Positions 48,155 through 57,741 of a stretch of DNA of 64,000 bases are shown here, in pieces (within the stretch, counting starts at the first letter, position 1; each line of letters opens with the position of its first letter). The stretch spans positions 384,001-448,000 of the forward strand of contig OY969706.1 of NCBI GenBank assembly GCA_963702095.1, in the 5' to 3' direction. Origin of the DNA: Candidatus Bathyarchaeota archaeon. GTDB taxonomy: Archaea; Thermoproteota; Bathyarchaeia; Bathyarchaeales; Bathycorpusculaceae. The notes under the pieces are model-generated. The model did no database searches, had not been told where the DNA came from, and was given only the letters and a program-made list of their open reading frames with translations. The translations under genes were made by a program, and so were the position numbers.

Positions 48155-48497
48155 GGGGTTTTGTTGGTTGTATTGTGCTTTTTTGTTGTGTTTTTGTTTG
48201 TGGGGATTCTTTTTTGGGGCGGGGTTGGTTGGGTGTGAGAGGTGGCTTAGGTTGTCGGAGGGCTATGCTAGTGCCCGCTTGCATTGCGCTGTTCATTGCT
48301 GGTCACTTGTGGAAGAAATCGCACTTTCCACACCGAAACAGGCAGTGAAAAACGTTGCAATCCCAAAATACAACTGCGTTCTCAACCAGTCTTGTGGTGC
48401 CCCGTAAAACGCCACACCCACACAAAAAGAGAGAAGCAGTTGTGATGCATAAAGCAGAATAATGGGCAATCCACTCTTTCTTCTGAGTTAACCGAAC

Positions 48498-49026
48498 ATG
48501 ATTAATGACTTTAACCTCTTAGCTACGACTGCCCGTGGCAACGAACGCGCCATGACCAACGAAATCGTTTTTCTCCTAAAAGACCAACTCGGCGATGTAG
48601 AGGCGAAGGCGAGTAAAACCAAAGTTCGCGGTTTAATCGTCGCCAAAACCAGCCTCGACCCCATCGTAGTCATGGAAAAATTCCGAAGCATCCTAACCGA
48701 GCAACCCTACGAGTTCCGCTATGCACTGCGCATCGTGCCGATTGAGCGGGTGGTGACGACGGATTTGGAGGAAATCAAGAAAGCCACCGCGGAGTTGCGC
48801 AGCAAAAATCGGTGAAGACCAATCGTTCCGCATCACCGTGGAGAAGCGCTTCACAGAGCTCCATTCAAAAGACATCATTGAGGCGGCGGTGGGCGACATT
48901 AAACGCAAAGTTGACCTCCATAACCCTGATTGGATTGTGCAAATCGAGGTTTTAGGGGCTTTGACTGGGGTTTCGCTGCTTAAGCCCAACGATGTTTTGG
49001 CTGTTGTTAAGGAGAAGATGCTTTAG
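48498..49026 (+). CDS. THUMP-domain RNA-binding protein (frameshift at A5 48804-48808)
   Basis: NLLATT, LRIVPI, then shifted frame SFRITVEKR...VDLHNPDWIVQIEV. Confidence 0.85.
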
Positions 49027-49027
49027 C

Positions 49028-49591
49028 TTATTGTTGGGTCGATAGTAGGGCGATGTGTTCGACGACGAGGTCTACGATTGCCCTCTCGGTGTTGCCCCTG
49101 TTTTGTGTTGCCAATTCGGTGTCGGTGATTTGGAAGGCAACGCGGATTTTTGCCACTTTATCCGCTGTCAATTGCAGCACAGACTCGTCGGGCGCACACC
49201 CCAAATGCTCTGACAGGACGCTGAGTTGGGCTCCTATCTGCTTCTGGTCTTCGCCCACAATGAGAACGGCCATGTTTTGAGTCTGCAGTTTTATGCCAAT
49301 ATGCTCGATGGCTCTTTGGATTTGCCTTTGCGCCGAGGCGTAGAGCATGGTTTCTACGGCTACGCTTTTGGAACGGTTGGTTTTACCCTTGAAGGCTTGC
49401 AGTGCGTTTAGGGCGGCGAAGTAGAGGTGCTCAGGCATGGCGATTAGGTCTGCGTCGAAGAATTGGATGCCGACGCCGTTTTGGGGTTGCCTCCGGGTTG
49501 CCTTCAAAAACTCTTCAGCTCCCGCGAAGCGGATGCTTCGGTACCCTGTGATTTCAACCATTTTTTCGAACTCTTCGAGTTGGTGCAGCAT
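49028..49591 (-). CDS. cgi121: KEOPS complex subunit Cgi121
   Basis: QFFDADLI...HLYFA, NRSKSVAVETMLYASAQRQIQRAI..IG. Confidence 0.9.
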   Translation of the reverse strand: MLHQLEEFEKMVEITGYRSIRFAGAEEFLKATRRQPQNGVGIQFFDADLIAMPEHLYFAALNALQAFKGKTNRSKSVAVETMLYASAQRQIQRAIEHIGIKLQTQNMAVLIVGEDQKQIGAQLSVLSEHLGCAPDESVLQLTADKVAKIRVAFQITDTELATQNRGNTERAIVDLVVEHIALLSTQQ

Positions 49592-49601
49592 TCTTTTTCT
49601 C

Positions 49602-50183
49602 CTATTGCATGTCAGCTAAGAGTCTATCAGCTAGTTGTTTGGGGAGGCCAGCTTTTACGATTTTTGCGATTTCCTGGGTTGCTTGGCGTTTGCCCCATGT
49701 TTGGGTGATTTCTCGGAGGGTTTCTTTGATGTCCCACGGAAAAATAACCCAATTTGAAGTTTGTTTTGTGTAATAGTCGGGTTTGAGGGTGCTTTGGGGT
49801 TTATGGTAGAGGGTGGCGATTCTAATTTCGGCGGCGCCCTTGGCTTTTAAGGTGGACTGGGCGAGTTTTAGGCTCTCCCCGGTGTCGGCGATGTCATCGA
49901 CCAGTAGCACCCGTTTGCCCTCCACGGAGCTACTTAGGGCTTGCTCTATAGTGGCCGCGGTTTTGGTCTGGGCTACGCCGATGTAATACTGGATTTGCAG
50001 CGTCGCCAACACATCCACCTCAAGCAGATCCGCCAAGACACGGGCAGGCACCAAGCCGCCGCGGGCAACCGCAACCACCACGTCGACGCTAAACGCTGCG
50101 CTGCGGATTTTCTCTGCCAAAGACAACAGCAACTCGTAGATTTGGCTCCAAGTTGGAACTTCATACTCGACGGTGCCAGCCAA
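49602..50183 (-). CDS. Type I phosphoribosyltransferase (purine PRT-like)
   Basis: VARGGL, VLLVDDIADTGESL, PDYY and WVIFPW motifs. Confidence 0.92.
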   Translation of the reverse strand: MAGTVEYEVPTWSQIYELLLSLAEKIRSAAFSVDVVVAVARGGLVPARVLADLLEVDVLATLQIQYYIGVAQTKTAATIEQALSSSVEGKRVLLVDDIADTGESLKLAQSTLKAKGAAEIRIATLYHKPQSTLKPDYYTKQTSNWVIFPWDIKETLREITQTWGKRQATQEIAKIVKAGLPKQLADRLLADMQ

Positions 50184-50476
50184 AGCGGCTCCTCCGCAGG
50201 GATGGAACCCACAGGCTCAGTTAAGCCTTTCGCCAAAAAACAACCAGCCCCTAATCTCTCAACCAAAACAAACCAGCCAACAAAAATAGACAAAACCGCC
50301 AAAACAACCCCAAAATTGACCGTGCCCAACAACAAATCCCTTGTAGGTTTATAAGTAACCAATACAAATATGCTATATTCGGGAGCTAGGCGACTGGAGA
50401 TATGTTTCGCAATTCGTAATATAGTTTAAAAGCCCAGACGTTAATATTGATACAAAAAAGAAAGGAGACAACAAAA

Positions 50477-50812
50477 ATGGTGAAGAATGTGGATGAAGAG
50501 AAAATAAAGCAGATTCTCACTGACCCCAAACTGGCTTCAATCAAAGCAATGCTGGAAAAAGACCATGCCATCGACTGTTTGCTGCTACTCTATATTGGAC
50601 GCGGCAAATGGAAAGACGCTAAGGACTTTATGCGCGACAACAACTTGACCCTTAGCGATGGCACCTTCAGAGCAAGAATGATTGAAATCGAATCCTTGGG
50701 GCTGGCAAAAAGCGAACGAATTGATCCGCTCAAAAAATATTATTTAAAAACAGATATGGGCAAAAAAATTGCCGATCTACTTCTCGGATTCTTCGATGAG
50801 ATCAGCGAATAA
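50477..50812 (+). CDS. Winged-helix protein
   Basis: LSDGTFRARMIEIESLGL...KYYLKTDMGKKI; GGAG RBS. Confidence 0.75.
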   Translation: MVKNVDEEKIKQILTDPKLASIKAMLEKDHAIDCLLLLYIGRGKWKDAKDFMRDNNLTLSDGTFRARMIEIESLGLAKSERIDPLKKYYLKTDMGKKIADLLLGFFDEISE

Positions 50813-50967
50813 AAACCCTGTTTTTATCCTCTGTTTCTGTCTACTTTTGTTTCTTGACTTAAGTGTAGATGTGTTAGACATACATATACTATTGTTTAGT
50901 AAGTCATAATACTTAAAAGCCTGTTTTTCTAAAACTTAGTGTAAATTAAAAAAAGGAGTTAAGAATC

Positions 50968-51399
50968 TTGAATATCGTAAGAAAAGTCAGGAAGAATTCG
51001 AAAGCCCTAAGTCCCGTCGTTGCATCAATTATACTCATCGCCGTCACGGTCGCTGTCAGCGTTGTAGTCGCGGCATGGATGGGTGGAACAACCATTGGGT
51101 TGATGGGGAGTGCTGAGCAGGTGTCGATAACTAACGTTGCGTTTTCACCGGGAACCCCTGATACGATGGATATCATGGTGACCAATTCAGGCGGTAACAC
51201 TGTAACCATTAGTTCAGCCTTTGTCAACGGGGACTCAGTTGCAATCACAAATTCCACGGCAGAGTGCGCGCTTAACAAATCAACTACTAACATCATATGC
51301 TTGACTGGAACCAGTTTCGATGCAGGCACAGCATACACGATAAAGTTGATCACTGCCAAAGGCACCTCAGCAGTCTACACTGCAACATACAACCCATAA
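50968..51399 (+). CDS. Archaeal type IV pilin (class III signal peptide)
   Basis: RKNSKA|LSPVVASIILIAVTVAVSV; VTNSG and YTIKLITAKG motifs. Confidence 0.93.
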   Translation: MNIVRKVRKNSKALSPVVASIILIAVTVAVSVVVAAWMGGTTIGLMGSAEQVSITNVAFSPGTPDTMDIMVTNSGGNTVTISSAFVNGDSVAITNSTAECALNKSTTNIICLTGTSFDAGTAYTIKLITAKGTSAVYTATYNP

Positions 51400-51429
51400 A
51401 CATCCAAACTTTAACAGAAACTTAGGGTA

Positions 51430-51470
51430 AGGTGAAAGTGTTTTTCACCTAATTTTCCTTTTCTCTCTTA
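51430..51470 (+). terminator. Hairpin plus pyrimidine tract after the pilin gene
   Basis: AGGTGAAA(51430-51437)/TTTCACCT(51443-51450) followed by TTTTCCTTTTCTCTC. Confidence 0.45.
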
Positions 51471-51498
51471 AAAATGGTGAGAAGGAGACAAACCAATC

Positions 51499-51924
51499 AT
51501 GGTTACACAAATTAAAGAATACACTTCAGCTCAAGCAATCGCCGAGGCATTAGACAAACAACTCGCTGAAACCAAAAGCGTTTTAGGAGAATACCTAAGA
51601 AAACTCGACGACATCCGCACCTTAGCTGAGAAATCCAAAAAAATCCGCGACACAGTCCTAAAACTCGCGGGTAAAAAAGCGCCCACAGATAACCCCAGCG
51701 AAATCACCGTGGGCACCCTAAACATAGTTTTAGACGCCACTCCCTATCACGAGTTGTCAGCTATAGAATCGGTTGTGCGTAGTCACCAAGAACGGCTTTT
51801 GGTGTTGCAGAAGGTTCGGGAAGCGCTTAAATGGCTCGACCAACTCGGCGATACAGACGGCCTCAAATACCTGGTTTTAGAAGACGAAGGCATACCTGAT
51901 CGAATCCTATTCAAAATATCATAG
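51499..51924 (+). CDS. Hypothetical protein (helix, beta-hairpin, helix coiled coil)
   Basis: Two long amphipathic helices separated by EITVGTLNIVL; AGGAG RBS. Confidence 0.8.
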   Translation: MVTQIKEYTSAQAIAEALDKQLAETKSVLGEYLRKLDDIRTLAEKSKKIRDTVLKLAGKKAPTDNPSEITVGTLNIVLDATPYHELSAIESVVRSHQERLLVLQKVREALKWLDQLGDTDGLKYLVLEDEGIPDRILFKIS

Positions 51925-51949
51925 AATAACCTGAAAGGAGTAAAACACT

Positions 51950-52792
51950 GTGACTGAGGAACACTCAAACGCGTTGCAAACAGTTATTGGCGAATTAAAA
52001 ACTCTTAGCCCAGACATAACCAACGCTTTTGTTTTCAAAGCAGACGGCGAAACCTTAGCCAGCAGCGAAAAAACCACCCCCGACCAAACACTGAGTTTAA
52101 TCGCCAACCTCAAAACCATAACACACGCCCAGACCATCGGAGGCATCGAAAACTTCATCATCCAAGACGTCAGCAGCCAACTACGCTTAACCGCTGTGGG
52201 CGACGTGTATTTTGGGACAGTTTCATCTCGGACCGCTAACCAAAAAATCGTTAAGTCACTCACACAAGTGGTGGTTCCCGCATTCATACAACTTAGCGTT
52301 GGAACACCAATCACGCTTTTAGAGTTGCCGAAGTCAACTGTTGCAGAGGAGGAAGTTGTCGAAGAGGCTGTCGAAGCTGTTTCGTCGGTGCAGGAACAGG
52401 AACTTGAGCAGCCCACAATCGAAGTTACTCCTGAAATTCCTCCTGAAGTAGAGGAGGACCCTGAACCGCCTGAACCGTTGCTGCCCACTGCCCCGACCAC
52501 GCAGTTTATGGTGGAGAGAATCGGCGGTTTACTTGTTGCATCGGACACAGTGCGTATTGACAGTGAAACAATTAAGAATTGGCGTGAACTCTATGGCACC
52601 AAACTATTCAGTCAGGTTCGCATCGAAACTTTAGAGGGCAAAAATATCGTTTGCAAATATAGACCCCTAAACTCAAAAGCTAATGCTAAAGGCATAATCG
52701 AGATTCCGGGAAAAATCATCCAAGACCTTGGAATAGACAGGGGAAAACTGGTAATGGTTAAACCAGCAATAAACAAGGAGCTGCCACGTTGA
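51950..52792 (+). CDS. Roadblock/longin-like N-domain + acidic Pro linker + beta-barrel C-domain
   Basis: ITNAFVFKADGETLAS; E/P-rich linker; DTVRID...GIIEIPGKI..DLGIDRGKLVMVKP resembles a double-psi barrel. Confidence 0.7.
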   Translation: MTEEHSNALQTVIGELKTLSPDITNAFVFKADGETLASSEKTTPDQTLSLIANLKTITHAQTIGGIENFIIQDVSSQLRLTAVGDVYFGTVSSRTANQKIVKSLTQVVVPAFIQLSVGTPITLLELPKSTVAEEEVVEEAVEAVSSVQEQELEQPTIEVTPEIPPEVEEDPEPPEPLLPTAPTTQFMVERIGGLLVASDTVRIDSETIKNWRELYGTKLFSQVRIETLEGKNIVCKYRPLNSKANAKGIIEIPGKIIQDLGIDRGKLVMVKPAINKELPR

Positions 52793-53190
52793 AACAGCAA
52801 ATAACCACCCAAGAAACAATGCCAATCATCGACACGGCAACCATAATTCCGATTGATGAGGACAACGCGGTGTTTGCAAGTTTAGCAACCAGTCTAGCGG
52901 AAATACGCAAACTCAAAGGGGTCCAAGGATACATCCTCAGAAGCAATACCTCCGCTGTCTTTGATATAGTGGAGCAAGACAAAGTTCCCGACTACGCAAT
53001 TTTATCAACGCAGATTGAAGAAGCCTACCCTGGTATGGCTAAAAGCTTCAAGTTAGCCGACATTGAAAGCGTCATAGTTGAGGGTAAAGACGCTAAAGTG
53101 CTTTGCATGAGTGTAGGCGGCCACAAAATGAGCGTTTTCATGGATAAAACCGCTACACATTCATGGATAATAAAAAGAATCCTGCTTTAG
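52789..53190 (+). CDS. Roadblock/LC7-domain protein
   Basis: EIRKLKGVQGYIL...LADIESVIVEGKDAKVLC...MSVFM. Confidence 0.75.
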   Translation: MKQQITTQETMPIIDTATIIPIDEDNAVFASLATSLAEIRKLKGVQGYILRSNTSAVFDIVEQDKVPDYAILSTQIEEAYPGMAKSFKLADIESVIVEGKDAKVLCMSVGGHKMSVFMDKTATHSWIIKRILL

Positions 53191-53822
53191 CGGCTCTGTT
53201 CTCTCTCTTTATGTGGGTGTGGCGGTTTACGGGGTGCCACAAGATGGCTTGAGGGTTGCGTCGTTTTTTGCGGTTGCATTGTTTTTCGGCTCCTGTTTCG
53301 GTGTGGCAAGTGAGATTTTCTCCACGCCCTGCATGGCTCTATGCAGAGTTGGGCTGGATGTGTGTGTTAAAACATGTATGATAAGCCTTATACCGTCCGA
53401 GAAAAATAAACCTGCAAAATAAAAACCATGACCCAGGTTCAACTTCGCTGCTCTGCCACCACCTCCCCTTACATAAAGGCAAAAATAGGGTCCTGTAAGT
53501 CTGCGACTGCTCTTTTTTCCTGTAAAAAATCGTGCGCTACCATTTTTCCCTTGGGGCTGGCTTTTCTACTTCTGGAAAGAGGGCTTAAAGCAAAAATTCT
53601 GCGAGTGTTTCCTCAAGTTTTTCTTTAGGCTTGTTAGTTTTTGAAGGATTATCTTTCTTCATATTATAACGGTCGCTCGTTTGCAATAAAAGTTGATGTG
53701 ATTGCTTACCGGTTACAACACTATCGTTTGAGTTCTTTGGGCTGGTCTTTTAAGTTCTGAAGAACTTGTTGCTTCAATTTTAAACCACATTACCTTATAC
53801 AGCTGTTGGGGAATTGATTTAT

Positions 53823-53905
53823 TGCGGATTTGCCGCAATCCACACCATCGATAACCGAATATTCGGATTACTCAAACATTTGGATTGTAAGGGCAAAAAT
53901 CCGCA
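53823..53905 (+). ncRNA. Structured non-coding RNA candidate (rod-like hairpin)
   Basis: TGCGGATT/AATCCGCA, TGCC/GGCA, GCAATCCA/TGGATTGT and apical CCGAATATTCGG; TTATA about 25 nt upstream. Confidence 0.5.
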
Positions 53906-53946
53906 CTTAACCTTTAGAAAGTGTCTTATTAAAAAGAGAATAAGCT

Positions 53947-54186
53947 GTGAGTTTGCTAAGAGAAATCCTGCAAGTTTGTGATGGAATAAATGAGCAAGCC
54001 GTTATGCTTATGCCTCCAAACTCAGACGATGTCCATTCTCAGGGCTACCAACTCCACATTAAAGCAACAGCAATGGATAATACTGCTTGCCTTATACCTC
54101 TTGCAAAGAAGCGTAACTTAGAGGTTGCTCAAGATGCAAGCAAGGATTTAATCGTAATTTACAGACCGATGCAACCGCAAAAGTGA
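53947..54186 (+). CDS. Hypothetical protein
   Basis: 79-aa ORF, GYQLHIK...LIVIYRP; start uncertain. Confidence 0.6.
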   Translation: MSLLREILQVCDGINEQAVMLMPPNSDDVHSQGYQLHIKATAMDNTACLIPLAKKRNLEVAQDASKDLIVIYRPMQPQK

Positions 54187-54453
54187 ATATCGCTTATTGG
54201 GGATTGGCTTTGTTTTTGTGTTAACTCAGTCAACTTTTTGTGAGGCATTCTGAATTAGGATTAGCCACTTGTTTTATCCCTCAATAGTTACTCTGCGCAT
54301 ATCCTTTTAGCCAAGTCACTTAACCCTCGCCTTCAAACTGTTACAAATAGTTATGGACAGTGCTCTTTAGCCATTAAACTGTTTTTTGGATGTAGCCCAA
54401 CCAGTTTAGTTAAGGTATAAAAACCATATTTTCTAATTATTAGTGGCTGACAT

Positions 54454-54903
54454 TTGTCACTCCGTGCTTTTGCTGAGGTTCTGCTGTCTTATTTTGACGG
54501 ATTGTCTGCCCTCAAAATGGTGGGTCAACTGTTTTTGGAAGGATTTGAGTCGTTGTATGTTCTTCGGTATTTGCCATGTCTGGTAATGGTTTTTATGGGG
54601 TTCATGGACTGTGCCACCACCGTAATCGGGACAGCATATTACGGCACACAAGAACTCAATCCCCTCATCGCAGAGTTAGTTCACACTAACCTGTTAGCGT
54701 TTGTGGTTGTTAAGTCGGCTGTGACGGTTTCGGTGGGGGTGCTTTTTGTTTTAGCGGAGAGAACTCTTATTCGGAGCGCAACTCCAGACGACCGGTCTTT
54801 TAGGCTTGCCCACAACATCTTAAGGGCAGCCTATGTCGGCATAATTCTTTTCCTCACTGTGGTTGTTGTAAACAACCTTTTGGTTATCCTACAAAACGCT
54901 TAG
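54454..54903 (+). CDS. DUF5658-like membrane protein
   Basis: D..TT...G..ELNPL...VKS...VVVNN; true start may be downstream. Confidence 0.75.
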   Translation: MSLRAFAEVLLSYFDGLSALKMVGQLFLEGFESLYVLRYLPCLVMVFMGFMDCATTVIGTAYYGTQELNPLIAELVHTNLLAFVVVKSAVTVSVGVLFVLAERTLIRSATPDDRSFRLAHNILRAAYVGIILFLTVVVVNNLLVILQNA

Positions 54904-54947
54904 CAGCAAGAAAGGGCTTTAAAGCAACCTAAGCATACCCAGTAAAT

Positions 54948-55526
54948 GTGAACGCTTTGCCAAGAGAATTCGTCCTTTTTTCCCGTTTGGGAAAAACTGA
55001 TTCAAACTTTACCAGTCTCCACGAAGCAGGACGCTTAGACATAGTGCATGAATGCATAGTGGGCAGCCTATTTCTTAGCCACGGTTTGCGCAGAGACGTT
55101 ACCTTCCACGCCATCCTCAACGGACCCCCCAACCCACCACAGCACATCCAAATCAACGGTGAAACCCTCTACGACGTCCGAACCGACATGGAAACCTGGC
55201 AGCAAATCCTCAAAAAAACCCTCGCCGGCAAACCACACCCCGGCATCTCCAAAGACAAAACCGCCTTCGAAAACTTGCTTAAAACCAAAGCGCAAACTCA
55301 CCAAATCTACGTTCTCGAAGAAGACGGAAAAAACGTTAGTGAAGTTACCTTCTCCGATAACTGTTTGTTTGTGCTAGGCGACCATGTTGGGTTGCCTAGG
55401 AAAGCTGAAGATTTTGCTTTACGGTTCGGGGAAAAAGTTAGTCTTGGAAAAACGCCCTATTTGGCTGCGTCGTGCATAACCATCATCAACTACACGTTGG
55501 ATCGACAGGCTAAGGCTGGCTCTTGA
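54948..55526 (+). CDS. trmY: tRNA (pseudouridine54-N1)-methyltransferase
   Basis: AGRLDIV, FLSHGLRRDV, LNGPP, FVLGDHVGL and SLG...LAASCI (SPOUT) motifs. Confidence 0.93.
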   Translation: MNALPREFVLFSRLGKTDSNFTSLHEAGRLDIVHECIVGSLFLSHGLRRDVTFHAILNGPPNPPQHIQINGETLYDVRTDMETWQQILKKTLAGKPHPGISKDKTAFENLLKTKAQTHQIYVLEEDGKNVSEVTFSDNCLFVLGDHVGLPRKAEDFALRFGEKVSLGKTPYLAASCITIINYTLDRQAKAGS

Positions 55527-56508
55527 AGTGTTCCCAACCCTTTGCTTTGATCGCCTGTTTTTTGCCCTCCACTTCCAAAACGACCTCTTTGTTAGCTGCC
55601 GTTGCCCTTCCAATCGGGATTAAGCTGCCGTGGACTGCTTCAACAACGGCTTTGGCTTCTTCCCACTTTTTAGGTTTAACCGTTAACACCAACTCGTACT
55701 CTTCGCCGCCGTAAAACGCCAAATCCACCGTGTCTAAGCCATTCTGCAGAGCGAATTTCTCCACTTCAGGCGCAATCGGCACCCTATCCAACACAAAGCC
55801 CACCCCACTCATCTTGCCAATTTCATGCAGACTCCACGCTAAGCCGTCGCTTGAATCCATAGACGCCGTGACGTAGTCATAGCCGCGAAGCGCCAAACCC
55901 TCCGCCAGCCGTGCCTTAGGATAGAAAACTGCGTCCACCAGTACGTCCTGGGTTCGAGTTGAGGCTTTGCAGCCGCCAGTAAGCAGCCGCAGCCCCGCCG
56001 GGGGTTTACCGAACAAACCTGTGACTGCGACGATGTCGCCGTCTTTGGCTCCGCTGCGCAGCATCAGGGCGTTTCTGGCGATGCCGAAGAGTGATATGCT
56101 GATGATGAGGTCGCTGGTTTGGTTAGTGTCTCCTCCGACTATGTAGGCGCCGTATTCTCGTGCCCCCGAGTTAAGTCCATCAGCTATTTCGGTTACAGCT
56201 TTCCGGTTTGTCAGAGCTTTTGGCAGCCCCAGCGCAACCACGATGGCGGAGGGCATGACGCCTTTGGAGGCGAAGTCGCTGATGTTCATGACAACGGCTT
56301 TTCGGGCGGCGGCAAACAGGCTCATTCCAGCTGGGACATCGGTTGCTCCAACAAGCATGTCGGTTTTTAACACTGCGATTTCATCGCCCAACAGTGATGC
56401 TCCCGAGACGTCGTCGCCAAACGGCACCGGCATGCCAGGCATAAGTGTCAATTGCTTCTGAATCAACCGAATTATCTCGTGTTCCCCCAAGCCTTCTGCA
56501 TCGCCCAA
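55510..56508 (-). CDS. thiL: Thiamine-monophosphate kinase
   Basis: GEHEII, GDD, KTDML, NISDFASKG, GGDT, DSSDGL and GGEEYEL motifs. Confidence 0.95.
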   Translation of the reverse strand: MGDAEGLGEHEIIRLIQKQLTLMPGMPVPFGDDVSGASLLGDEIAVLKTDMLVGATDVPAGMSLFAAARKAVVMNISDFASKGVMPSAIVVALGLPKALTNRKAVTEIADGLNSGAREYGAYIVGGDTNQTSDLIISISLFGIARNALMLRSGAKDGDIVAVTGLFGKPPAGLRLLTGGCKASTRTQDVLVDAVFYPKARLAEGLALRGYDYVTASMDSSDGLAWSLHEIGKMSGVGFVLDRVPIAPEVEKFALQNGLDTVDLAFYGGEEYELVLTVKPKKWEEAKAVVEAVHGSLIPIGRATAANKEVVLEVEGKKQAIKAKGWEHFKSQP

Positions 56509-56627
56509 ACCATGTCACCTCTACAGGGCAAATGATGCATTCAACCAAATAAATAAACACCCAACTAACCTAAACTAACCTTTAAAAATACGCAGAACCC
56601 TTCCAATTACGCAAATGCAAATGTGAT

Positions 56628-56704
56628 GCCCCGATGGCTCAGCCTGGTAGAGCGGCTGCCTCGTAAGCAGCAGGCCGCGGGATCAAAGCCCGCTCGAGGC
56701 TCCA
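56628..56704 (+). tRNA. tRNA-Thr (CGT), encoded CCA
   Basis: GCTGC-CT CGT AA-GCAGC anticodon arm; U73 discriminator; T-loop ATCAAAG; one C-A mismatch in the acceptor stem. Confidence 0.9.
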
Positions 56705-57039
56705 TTTCTTTACTTTTTGGTTGGCTGTTTAGGCTGTGTTTTCTTTTTGGAATTTCTGGTGCCTTATGTTGTAGTATAGGAAGGCTGCTGAGAGTAGGGC
56801 TGTGCAGAAGGTGAAGGTGATTATGAAGTTCGTGTTTTTATCTCCTATATGTGTGGGAAGTAGAGGACTTGTTTTTCGGTTGTTTTTTTGGGGGTTTTTT
56901 CCATTTTTTCCACCAACGGTGTTTGGTATTATGTGGGCATCAACCAATATAAGGCTAGTTGAGATTTGTTCACAATTATTGTGAAATAGTGCATAAGTGG
57001 CTTATTTGGCGATTAAATGCGTGAAGTTTGTCCTTGTTA

Positions 57040-57122
57040 TGTAACGTAGACTGTACAAACGTGAAAAAGACACGATCGTTTTCCCTGCGTTTACTGTAGA
57101 AGAGTTGTACATTTACGCTGCA
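57040..57122 (+). ncRNA. Structured non-coding RNA candidate
   Basis: TGTAACGTAGA/TTTACGCTGCA, TGTACAA/TTGTACA, inner ACGTG/TGCGT and GAAAA/TTTTC; ATTAAA about 25 nt upstream. Confidence 0.4.
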
Positions 57123-57194
57123 AAGCCAAAACCGAGACAATGTTTATAATATATCGCTATACTCAATAATCCAGAGTATATGGAAGTGACTAGC

Positions 57195-57527
57195 ATGCAA
57201 CTTTTCGGGCACCACGAAGACAAACTCAAATGCCCCTACAAAGGATGCGAAAAACACTTCGATAAGCCAACCATGATCACCGACAACTCCGTCATACCAC
57301 GCCAAATGCACTACGCCTGCCCCCACTGCATGTCACGACTCGACATTATCACAGAAAAATCAAGGATAATCGACGTACGGGCAACCGAATACCCGATGGT
57401 TTTCGATTCCCCCGCCAAATGCGCCCACTTCAACGGCTTACTCAACGCACCCGCGGGCAGCATACTCACACAGGATGAATGCCTCGTTTGCCCCAAAGTG
57501 CTGCAGTGTAACCTGCGCAAAAAATAA
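57195..57527 (+). CDS. Cys-rich metal-binding protein
   Basis: CPYKGC, CPHC, CAHF and CLVCPKVLQC motifs. Confidence 0.8.
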   Translation: MQLFGHHEDKLKCPYKGCEKHFDKPTMITDNSVIPRQMHYACPHCMSRLDIITEKSRIIDVRATEYPMVFDSPAKCAHFNGLLNAPAGSILTQDECLVCPKVLQCNLRKK

Positions 57528-57741
57528 CATTGATCCGACACTGTCTTCCATCCCTTTTTTGAAGTGTAAATTGGTTTTTTAGTCTTTGTGTGGTATGGCT
57601 GTTTTAGGGTTGCCACAAGACTGCCCCAGTGTGTTTCTGCGGATTTTCTAACAGAGCCTAAAGTGCATTGATATCCATCTTAAAAGTTTAAATGATGGAA
57701 GACAGACTAAACAATCCGACGCCGCCGTTTTGAGGGCGTTT

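Noticed and set aside
53213-53628. Several 66-71 aa ORFs
   Set aside because: Overlapping on both strands with no motifs; none could be supported.
56623-56984. ORFs over and after tRNA-Thr
   Set aside because: They overlap the tRNA or arise from low-complexity G/T-rich sequence.
57645-57660. IS-end-like GGCTCTGTTAGAAA on the minus strand
   Set aside because: No partner repeat or transposase nearby; too short to call.
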